A stretch of 64,000 nucleotides of DNA from Nemertoderma westbladi (taxonomy: Eukaryota; Animalia; Xenacoelomorpha): contig JAUCBJ010007215.1 of assembly GCA_032718475.1 (NCBI GenBank), positions 1 through 64,000 of the forward strand, written 5' to 3'. The notes beneath the pieces were generated by a model. The model was not told the DNA's origin and ran no database searches. It saw only the letters and a program-made list of their open reading frames with translations. This document shows positions 38,296-50,300 of this stretch, in pieces (position 1 is the stretch's first letter; each line of letters starts with the position of its first letter). A program made the translations under genes and the position numbers.

Positions 38296-41200
38296 GGTGG
38301 GATAAATATTTCTCCATTTCACGCAACACCGCCGCGGCCGCTATGAGGGAGGTAAATACCGCGGCCGCTCCTAAAGCCGCAGGCCCTCGCTAACTATATA
38401 GGTTAACTTGGGATTCTGGGGGACTTTTCGATGAAGGAACTGACCAAATTTTTTTATTTTCTCACCAGGGGAGCGGCTCGGAATTCTAAGATATTAGCAA
38501 CTCTAACATTATGAAATATAACCCTTCGACGGACACGGCGGACAAAAAACCGTCATTTTTTCGACAATTTTAAAATTTTTTTGAAAGGCGCTCTACAGTG
38601 GCTCGAAAAAACCCTAGGTTATTGCTTAGCCGACGCCGGGATACGATAGAAGGGATTAATTAGTGAATTCGTTTTTTTTTTCAAAAAAGATTACCACGCC
38701 TTTTTTCCGAAAATGTCCGTCAAAGTTGAAAAAACGGACAAAATGACTTTGCGGGATCGGCTATAACTCGGCTAATATTAATCGTACGGGGACGAAAGTA
38801 ATGCGGTTGGAAAGGGGAAGAGTGGTACTACCTTCGTATCGAATGGGGGTAAGATATTTATTAAAATTTCGGGTGGAAAAAGGGGCTGTAAATTTGTACG
38901 TTTTTGTCCGTCTTTTTTGGAAAACTTATTTCCGAAATGTTTAATTCGACAACGCGGGTAGGAATCCACTAATTCTTTTATGAAACTCGTAGAAGACCAT
39001 TGGGGCTACGTTCCTATCGAATGGGGGTACAAAAAATATGTCGGCAATAGGGGCCAAAAAGGGCCAGAATTTGTAAAGTAGTTTTTATCGAATAATTTTT
39101 TATTTTTAACTTTAGTTGGTTAAGGTACATTCTATACAGTCAATATCCATACGGGGAATTCAAATATGCTATCGGTTTTGCTCCAAGGATGATATTAAAA
39201 AAATGAGGGCCAAAATTATAATTTCGCGCTTCAAACTTGCTTCGCGGGAAATCGTCTAGCTCGAAAACTACTTAACTTACGGGAGATTTGTTTACACAGA
39301 CTTATAGTGCGTTAAATTATCTATCTAACAGCGTTAATCACAGCGCCGGAGGTATTATAAAACTGGAGCGGCAGGCGATCGTGTGAAATATAATATTTAT
39401 AAAAAGGGACGAAAAATTTTTTTTTTTAACAAATCGCTATTCCATTATAATTTAGCGTATTGCGCCAAAAGTACCTGTAAAAAGTATCAAATTAACTCCG
39501 CTATCTTGTATCTTAACATATATAATTAAAATTACGAATTTTAAGGGTCGAAAAATATCGCGTTATTTTGGCCCTTTTTTTTAATTTTTTTGGGGCCAAA
39601 AATAACCCCTTCTCAAAAGATTAAGAAAAAAATTACGGCAAAGAATATACAAATTTTATTGAATTTGGACCACCAGAACCGAAGTTAGAGCGATTTTAGT
39701 GAAAAAATAAAAATAATTTTTTTTGCAAAAAAATTAAGAATGGTCAGGTCAATATTGGGTTTCGAACCCACGAACTTAGGTATCGTTAACGTGATTGATA
39801 ACCACTAGACTACGTGACCAAGAGAATTTGAAATTTTCGAGTGACTATTTTTAAACGTAAATAACTTCGGTTCTAGAGGGCCGTTTAATCTGAAACTTTT
39901 TTCATTGGATAGAGAATAGATTGTAGTGTGTGAAATAGGATACAACTTGGGAAAAGACGCATGTGCACTTAGTGCAAAATGCACTTAAATAGTGAACATT
40001 TTTTCGATATTTCAAACACTATTATTTCCAGTTCTATTCATCGTATAATGTTATTTTTTGGATTAAAATGTAGTTTGGAATGATTTCTAACTATAATCGT
40101 AACATTTGTTTAACTTTTTATGTCTATAAAGTGACTTAAAATGTCCATGAATATGGTCGAAAATCGCAAATCCAGATTTATTAAATTGGATTTTTGACAC
40201 TTTTAGCGACTGACACTTGATCATACACTATCGTAGATCGGTAAAGGATAAACATAAGTTTGTTAAATAAGAGCCACCATTACGATCTGCTAAAGTGCAC
40301 TTGTACAAATAAGTGTGCAAAAGTGCAAATTTTTTAATAAGGCCAAATTATATAGTATTGGGTTATTTTCTTTGCAGATACTTTATTTTCATATTAATAT
40401 GTTGTTTGAACCTTACTGAGCGCATTAGGGGATATGCGTACAAATAACCGGCCCTTATGAGGCTTCGATTGGGTAAATTAATAAAACATAAGGTTGTATA
40501 GTATAATATTCTAAAAACCAGTGTGATATTAAATGCACTTTAAATAATAAATAGAAATCAAATAACAATTGGACCACACAATTAAAAACTCGCACAATTT
40601 TGTACTTATTATATCGCTTCAAATTAATTCAACAGTGGATATTTGGGGGAAGGGGGAAGTTACAGTGTGTATTCGGGGGAAGTTTGGTGAACTGCATTTA
40701 TGCAGTGAATCCAAACTTCCCCCTTTGATATATCATATACTTAAGACATGCTAGGGTGACGGGGAAATATTTGTTACTGTCACACTTTGCTTCCATTTAT
40801 CCTATCCTTTATTATTACCCCAGTCAGATAAGAGATAATAAATCAGTAAAAACTAAACTAAACTGTCTTTCATGCAAACAAATTTCTAACTAAAGACGGG
40901 TGAATGACCATGACCATGGAAATAATTTTAAATATAATTGTATATCAACTATTTGGGGAGGCTTCCAAGTTAAACCCGAAAACAATTATTTTGTTACATA
41001 GTAAATAACGTTGTTTGTTCTTCTTCCTCTCATAATAAAATATAAATGAAATATCTCAGATCGCTATGCCCTGTAACATTTCACAACCAAAATATTTAAG
41101 TGTGAAAAGTGTAGGCCTACCACACTCCGCCCAAACAACCTCAAACGCATAGCCAACAAATTTAACAAAAGGTTACATACATGTTGGGTTCATGACGAGA

Positions 41201-41320
41201 TGAGTGAAAATTGATCGCGTAATATAAAGTAAAAAATTAAGAGACGGGCTGGCTCTCCTCCACTTTCTTACCCAATGGATATGTTGTTGTAATAATCTAA
41301 TATTGGGGCGGCTTTCTCTC
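38296..41320. mobile_element. Unclassified ~3-kb non-coding insertion in Helitron copy B
   Basis: The host sequence GCTTAGCCTA|GTTTAGTAGC is split with no duplication. CTAG followed by an AAATATTT-centred hairpin occurs at 38293 and 40751. No coding motifs. Confidence 0.65.
39747..39819 (-). ncRNA. tRNA-derived sequence (pseudo-tRNA or SINE-like head)
   Basis: A box TAGTCTAGTGG, B box with T-arm TGGG-TTCGAAA-CCCA, acceptor-like GGTCA..TGACC; the anticodon arm is irregular. Confidence 0.55.
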
Positions 41321-44300
41321 GTTTAGTAGCATTTGCCAATAAATAACTTATATTCCCATGGAAACTAGAATTCTCTGGAACTGTTGGTTTTACCTTTGAA
41401 AAAAGATTCAGTCCAGATTGTGGTTCAGATAACACATACCAAGTTTCAGAAAATATAGTTTATGTCCAAATTACCGATTTTCTACTAGAAAGGCATTTCC
41501 TAAAGGAAATGCAACCACGAAGCTAAGGAAAATTAAACAAACGGCCACACTTTGGTTCGTTGCTTATAGCCTAGTTTAGTAGCAATTGCCAATAATTTAC
41601 GTCTATTCCCATGGAAACTAGAGTTCTCTGGAACTGTGGGTTTTACCTTTGAAAAAAGATTCAGTCCAGATTGTGGTTCAGATTATAACACATATACCGA
41701 GTTTCAGAAAATATTGTAGTTTATGTCCAAATTACCGATTTTCTATCAAAATGCATCTGTTTGCAGTGGTTGTCATGGAAACTGAAAAATATAATAATGT
41801 AATTCGGATGCAGAATAAGTCATATAGTGGGGGTAGGTCTTGGTCCCAAGTCATAATACTATTAACTTGTGCTTCAAATTATCATTTTATAAATAGTAAC
41901 ATCTGTTTAGTCTTGTTGCTATGGTAACTGTACTTTCTAATTAACCTCAAACGGCTTGGATGGATATGGAAATTATAGATGAGTTACAAAACCCCAAGTT
42001 TATATATATTACAGTTTTGCTAGAAATAGAGTTATCAATATAGACTTGAATGATATAGAGTTTAATAAACTACAGTTACCATGGTAACTAAATTTCTGGA
42101 ATGATTTAAGTTTCACTAAAAGTTCCAACTAGTGGTGCAGATAACACATACCCAGTTTTGTAAAATTTTATCGCGAAGTCTATGTCCAAATGAATAATTT
42201 TTGTATAAAAACATCTGTTTTCGGCTGTTGTCATGGTAACTGAAAAATAGAACAATGTAATTCGGATGCAGAATAAGTTATATAGTGGGGGTAGGGGTTG
42301 GTCTCAAGTCATAACACCTTGCCCTTAGGCCTCAAATTATCATTTTATAAATTTTAACATCTGTTTATCCCGGTTGCCAACGTAACTGGATTTTCTATTT
42401 AGCCTCAATCGGATCTGCTATGGACCTTATAGTTGTGTTGCAAAACCCCAAGTTTAAATCTATTATAGTTTTCCTACAAATAGAGTTATAAATATTGACT
42501 TGAAATACATAGACTTTTTTTGAAGTCCGTTGCCATGGAAACCAGATTTTTCCTGGATATGAGACCCGGCCCAAAAGATGCGCCTCGCCGAGTAGTATAT
42601 ACATGCAAAATTTCAGGGTACTTTTAAAGGCTAGTTTTTTCGCCTATCAAAAAACCCCAAATCTGCCTCACACAAGTAAAATAGCCCACTATGAATAGAC
42701 CATCTCAGCTAAGGAAAATCTTTCTTAGCGAAAGTAGTTGATTTTCCTTAGCTTCGTGGACAAAATTGTGCGAGTTTTTAATTGTGTGGTCCAATTGTTA
42801 TTTGATTTCTATTTACTAGAAAGGCATTTCCTAAAGGAAATGCAACCACGAAGCTAAGGAAAATTAAACAAACGGCCACAATTTGGTTCGTTGCTTAGCC
42901 TAGTTTAGTAGCATTTGCCAATAAATAACTTCTATTCCCATGGAAACTAGAGTTCTCTGGAACTGTTGGTTTTACCTTTGAAAAAAGATTCAGTCCAGAT
43001 TGTTTTTCAGATAACACATCGAGTTTCAGAAAATATTGTAGTTTATGTCCAAATTACAGATTTTCTATCAAAATGCATCTGTTTGCAGTGGTTGTCATGG
43101 AAACTGAAAAATAGAACAATGTAATTCGGATGCAGAATAAGTCATATAGTGGGGGTAGGTGTTGGTCCCAAGTCATAATACTATTAAATTGTGCTTCAAA
43201 TTATCATTTTATTAATTTTAACATCTGTTTACTCTTGTTGCTATGGTAAATGGATTTTCTAATTAACTTCGAACGGCTTGTATATGGACCTTATAGATGA
43301 GTTGCAAAACCCCAAGTTTATATATATTACAGTTTTTCTCCAAATAGAGTTATGATTATAGACTTGAATGATATATAACTTTAAAAAAACTACAGTTACC
43401 ATGGTAACTAGATATTTCTGGAATGTTTTGAGTTTCACTAAAAGTTCCAACTAGTGGTCCAGATAACACATACCTAGTTTCGTAAAATTTTATCGTGAAG
43501 TCTATGTACAAATGAATAATTTTCGTATAAAAACATCTGTTTTCAGCGGTTGTCAAGGTAACTGCAAAATAGAACAATCAAATTCGGACGCAGAATAAGT
43601 TATATAGTGGGGGTAGGGATTGGTCCCAAGTCATCACACCTTAACCTTAGGCTTCAAATTAACATTTTAAAAATTTTAACATCTGTTTAGCCCGGTTGCC
43701 AAGGTAACTGGATTTTCTATTTAACCTCAATCGGCTCTGCTATGGACCTTATAGTTGTGTTGAGAAACCCCAAGTTTATATGTATTATAGTTTTCCTACA
43801 AATAGAGTTACAAATATTGACTTGAAATACATAGACTTTTTTCTAAGTCCGTTGCCATGGAAACCAGATTTTTCCTGGAGATGAGACCCATCCCACACGA
43901 CGCGCCTTGATGAGTTGTATATACATGCAAAATTTCAGGGTACTTTTAAAGGCTAGTTTTTTCCCCGACCAAAAAAAACCAAATCTGCCCCATACAAGTA
44001 AAATAGCCCACTATGAATAGACCATCTCAGCTAAGGAAAATCTTTCTTAGCGAAAGTAGTTGATTTTCCTTAGCTTCGTGGACAAGAAAGGCATTTCCTA
44101 AAGGAAATGCAACCACGAAGCTAAGGAAAATTAAACAAACCGCCACAATTAGTTTGTTGCTTAGCCTAGTTTAGTAGCATTTGACAATAATTAACTTCTA
44201 TTCCCATGGAAACTAGAGTTCTGTGGAACTGTTGTTTTAACCTTTGAAAAAAGATTCAGTACAGATTGTGGTTCAGATAACACATATACAAAGTTTCAGA

Positions 44301-47300
44301 AAATATTGTAGTTTATGTCCAAATTACCGATTTTCTATCAAAATGCATCTGTTTGTAGTGGTTGTCATGGAAACTGAAAAATAGAACAATGTAATTCGGA
44401 TGCAGAATAAGTCATATAGTGGGGGTAGGTGTTGGTCCCAAGTCTTAATAGTATTAACTTGTGCTTCAAATTATCATTTTATAAATTTTAACATCTGTTT
44501 AGTCTTGTTGCTATGGTGACTGGAATTTCTAATTAACCTCGAACGGCTTGGATATGAACCTTATAGTTGAGTTGAGAAACCCCAAGTTTATATCTATTGC
44601 GGTTTTTCTACAAATAGAGTTATGAATATAGACTTGAATGATATAGAGTTTAATAAACTCCAGTTACCACGGTAACTAGATATTTCTGGAATGATTTGAG
44701 TTTCACTAAAAGTTCCAACTAGTGGTCCAGATAACACATACCCAGTTTTGTAAAATTTTATCGTGAAGTCTATGTCCAAATGAATAAGTTTTGAATAAAA
44801 ACATCTGTTTTCAGCGGTTGTCATGGTAACTGAAAAATAGAACAATGTAATTCGGATGCAGAATAAGTTATATAGTGGGGGTAGGGGTTGGCCCCAAGTC
44901 ATAACACCTTGCCCTTAGGCCTCAAATTAACATTTTATAAATTTTAACTTCTGTTTATCCCGGTTGCCAAGGTAACTGGATTTTCTATTTAGCTTCAATC
45001 GGATCTGCTATGGACCTTATAGTTGTGTTGCGAAACCCCAAGTTTATATCTATTATAGTTTTCCTACAAATAGAGTTATAAATATTGACTTGAAATACAT
45101 AGACTTTTTTTGAAGTCCGTTGCCATGGAAACCAGATTTTTCCTGCATATGAGACCCGGCCCAAAAGATGCGCCTCGTCGAGTAGTATATACATGCAAAA
45201 TTTCAGGGTACTTTTAAAGGCTAGTTTTTTCACCGGTCAAAAAAAACCAAATCTGCCTCACACAAGTAAAATAGCCCACTATGAATAGACCATCTCAGCT
45301 AAGGAAAATCTTTCTTAGCGAAAGTAGTTGATTTTCCTTAGCTTCGTGGATCAAAATGCATCTGTTTGCAGTGGTTGTCATGGAAACTGAAAAATAGAAC
45401 AATGTAACGAGAAAGGCATTTCCTAAAGGAAATGCAACCACGAAGCTAAGGAAAATTAAACAAACGGCCACACTTTGGTTCGTTGCTTTAGCCTCGTTTA
45501 GTAGCAATTGTCAATAATTAACTTCTATTCCCATGGAAACTAGAGTTCTCTGGAACTGTTGCTTTAACCTTTGAAAAAAAATTCAGTACAGATTGTGGTT
45601 CAGATAACACATATACTGAGTTTCAGAAAATATTGTAGTTTATGTCCAAATTACCGATTGTCTATCAAAATGCATCTGTTTGCAGTGGTTCTCCTGGAAA
45701 CTGAAAAATAGAACAATGTAATTCGGATGCAGAATAAGTCACATAGTGGGGGTAGGGGTTAGTCCCAAGTCATAATACTATTAACTTGTGCTTCAAATTA
45801 TCATTTTATAAATTTTAACATCTGTTTAGACTTGTTGCTATGGTAACTGTATTTTCTAATTAACCTCAAACGGCTTGGATATGGATCTTATAGATGAGTT
45901 GCAAAACCCCAAGTTTATATATATTACAGTTTTTCTACAAATAGAGTTATCAATATAGATTTGAATGATATAGAGTTTAATAAACTACAGTTACCATGGT
46001 AACTAAATTTCTGGAATAATTTAAGTTTCACTAAAAGTTCCAACTAGTGGTCCAGATAACACATACCCAGTTTTGTAAAATTTTATCGTGAAGTCTATGT
46101 CCAAATGAATAAGTTTTGAATAAAAACATCTGTTTTCAGCGGTTGTCATGGTAACTGAAAAATAGAACAATGTAATTCGGATGCAGAATAAGTTATATAG
46201 TGGGGGTAGGGGTTGGTCCCAAGTCATAACACCTTGCCCTTAGGCCTCAAATTAACATTTTATAAATTTTAACATCTGTTTATCCCGGTTGCCAAGGTAA
46301 CTGGATTTTCTATTTAGCCTCAATCGGATCTGCTATGGACCTTATAGTTGTGTTGCGAAACCCCAAGTTTATATCTATTATAGTTTTCCTACAAATAGAG
46401 TTCTAAATATTGACTTGAAATACATAGACTTTTTTTGAAGTCCGTTGCCATGGAAACCAGATTTTTCCTGGATATGAGACCCGGCCCAAAAGATGCGCCT
46501 CGTCGAGTAGTATATACATGCAAAATTTCAGGGTACTTTTAAAGGCTAGTTTTTTCACCTATCAAAAAACCCCAAATCTGCCTCATACAAGTAAAATAGC
46601 CCACTATGAATAGACCATCTCAGCTAAGGAAAATCTTTCTTAGCGAAAGTAGTTGATTTTCCTTAGCTTCGTGGATATACCGAATTTCAGAAAATATTGT
46701 AGTTTATGTCCAAATTACAAATTACCGATTTTCTATGAAAATGCATCGGTTTGTTTGCAGTGGTTGTCAGGGAAACTGAAAAATAGAACAATGTAATTCG
46801 GATGCAGAATAAGTCATATAGTGGGGGTAGGTGTTGGTCCCAAGTCATAATACTATTAACTTGTGCTTCAAATTATCATTTTATAAATTTTAACATCTGT
46901 ATAGTCTTGTTGCTATGGTAGCTGGATTTTCAAATTAACCTCGAACGGTTTGTATATGGACCTTATAGATGAGTTGCAAAACCCCAAGTTTATATATATT
47001 ACAGTTTTGCTACAAATAGAGTTATCAATATAGATTTGAATGATATAGAGTTTAATAAACTACAGTTACCATGGTAACTAAATTTCTGGAATAATTTAAG
47101 TTTCACTAAAAGTTCCAACTAGTGGTCCAGATAACACATTCCCAGTTTTGTAAAATTTTATCGTGAAGTCTATGTCCAAATGAATAAGTTTTGAATAAAA
47201 ACATATGTTTTCAGCGGTTGTCATGGTAACTGAAAAATAGAACAATGTAATTCGGATGCAGAATAAGTTATATAGGGGGGGGTAGGGGTTGGTCCCAAGT

Positions 47301-50300
47301 CATAACACCTTGCCCTTAGGCTTCAAATTAACATTTTATAAATTTTAACATCTGTTTATCCCGGTTGCCAAGGTAACTGGATTTTCTATTTAGCCTCAAT
47401 CGGATCTGCTATGGACCTTATAGTTGTGTTGCGAAACCCCAAGTTTATATCTATTATAGTTTTCCTACAAATAGAGTTATAAATATTGACTTGAAATACA
47501 TAGACTTTTTTTGAAGTCCGTTGCCATGGAAACCAGATTTTTCCTGGATATGAGACCCGGCCCAAAAGATGCGCCTCGTCGAGTAGTATATACATGCAAA
47601 ATTTCAGGGTACTTTTAAAGGCTAGTTTTTTCGCCTATCAAAAAACCCCAAATCTGCCTCACACAAGTAAAATAGCCCACTATGAATAGACCATCTCAGC
47701 TAAGGAAAATCTTTCTTAGCGAAAGTAGTTGATTTTCCTTAGCTTCGTGGATTCGGATGCAGAATAAGTCATATAGTGGGGGTAGGTCTTGGTCACAAGT
47801 CATAATACTATTAACTTGTGTTTCAAATTATCATTTTAGAAATTTTAACATCTGTTTAGTCTTGTTGCTACTAGAAAGGCATTTCCTAAAGGAAATGCAA
47901 CCACGAAGCTAAGGAAAATTAAACAAAGGGCCACAATTTGGTTTGTTGCTTAGCCTAGTTTAGTAGCATTTGCCAATAAATAACTTCTATTCCCATGGAA
48001 ACTAGAATTCTCTGGAACTGTTGGTTTTACCTTTGAAAAAAGATTCAGTCCATATTGTGGTTCAGATAACACATACCAAGTTTCAGAAAATATTGTAGTT
48101 TATGTCCAACTACCGATTTTCTATCATAATGCATCTGTTTGCAGTGGTTGTCATGGAAACTGAAAAATAGAACAATGTAATTCGGATGCAGAATAAGTCA
48201 TATAATGGGGGTAGGTCTTGGTCCCAAGTCATAATACTATTAACTTGTGTTTCAAATTATCATTTTAGAAATTTTAACATCTGTTTAGTCTTGTTGCTAT
48301 GGTAATTGGATTGTGTAATTAACCTCGAATGGATTGTATATGGACCTTACAGATGAGTTGCAAAACCCCAAATTTATATTTATTACATTATTTTGCTACA
48401 AATAGAGTATTGAATTTAGACTTGAATGATATAGACTTTAATAAACTCCAGTTACCATGGTAACAAGATATTTCTGGAATGTTTTGAGTTTCACTAAAAG
48501 TTCAAACTAGTGGTCCAGATAACACATATCCAGTTTCGTAAAATTTTATCGCGAAGTCTATGTCCAAATGAGTTATTTTTGTATAAAAACATCTGTTTTC
48601 AGCGGTTGTCATGGTAACTGCAAAATTAAACAATGAAATTCGGACGCAGAATAAGTCATATAGTGGGGGTAGGGGTTGGTCCCAAGACATAACACCTTCT
48701 CCTTAGGCTTCAAATTAACATTTTGTAAATTTTAACATCTGTCTAGCCCGGTTGCCAAGGCAACTGGATTTTCTATTGAACCTCAATCGGCTCTGCCATG
48801 GACCTTATAGTTGAGTTGAGAAACCCCAAGTTTATATGTATTATAGTTTTCCTACAAATAGAGTTATAAATATTGACTTGAAATACATAGACTTTTTTCT
48901 AAGTCCGTTGCCATGGAAACCAGATTTTTCCTGAATATGAGACCCATCCCACACGACGCGCCTCGATGAGTAGTACATACATGCAAAATTTCAGGGTACT
49001 TTTAAAGGCTAGTTTTTTCCCCGGTCAAAAAACACTAAATCTGCCCCACACAAGTAAAAGGGCCCACTATGAATACACCATCTCAGCTAAGGAAAATCTT
49101 TCTTAGCGAAAGTAGTTGATTTTCCTTAGCTTCGTGGATGGTAATTGGATTGTGTAATTAACCTCGAATGGATTGTACGAGAAAGGCATTTCCTAAAGGA
49201 AATGCAACCACGAAGCTAAGGAAAATTAAACAAACGGCCACACTTTGGTTCGTTGCTTGCTTAGCCTCGTTTAGTAGCAATTGTCAATAATTAACTTCTA
49301 TTCCCATGGAAACTAGAGTTCGCTGGAACTGTTGCTTTAACCTTTGAAAAAAAATTCAGTACAGATTGTGGTTCAGATAACACATGTACTGAGTTTTAGA
49401 AAATATTGTAGTTTATGTCCAAATTACCGATTTTCTATCAAAATGCATCTGTTTGTAGTGGTTGTCATGGAAACTGAAAAATAGAACAATGTAATTCGGA
49501 TGCAGAATAAGTCATATAGTGGGGGTAGGTGTTGGTCCCAAGTCATAATACTATTAACTTGTGCTTCAAATTATCATTTTATAAATTTTAATATCTGTTT
49601 AGTCTTGTTGCTATGGTGACTGGAATTTCTAATTAACCTCGAACGGCTTGGATATGAACCTTATAGTTGAGTTGAGAAATTCAGGCTTAGGCTTCAAATT
49701 AACATTTTATAAATTTTAACATCTGTTTATCCCGGTTGCCAAGGTAACTGGATTTTCTATTTAGCCTCAATCGGATCTGCTATGGACCTTATAGTTGTGT
49801 TGCGAAACCCCAAGTTTATATCTATTATAGTTTTCCTACAAATAGAGTTATAAATATTGACTTGAAATACATAGACTTTTTTTGAAGTCCGTTGCCATGG
49901 AAACCAGATTTTTCCTGGATATGAGACCCGGCCCAAAAGATGCGCCTCGTCGAGTAGTATATACATGCAAAATTTCAGGGTACTTTTAAAGGCTAGTTTT
50001 TTCGCCTATCAAAAAACCCCAAATCTGCCTCACACAAGTAAAATAGCCCACTATGAATAGACCATCTCAGCTAAGGAAAATCTTTCTTAGCGAAAGTAGT
50101 TGATTTTCCTTAGCTTCGTGGATATGGACCTTACAGGTGAGTTGCAAAACCCCAAATTTATATTTATTACATTATTTTGCTACATATAGAGTATTGAATT
50201 TAGACTTGAATGATACGAGAAAGGCATTTCCTAAAGGAAATGCAACCACGAAGCTAAGGAAAATTAAACAAACGGCCACACTTTGGTTCGTTGCTTAGCC

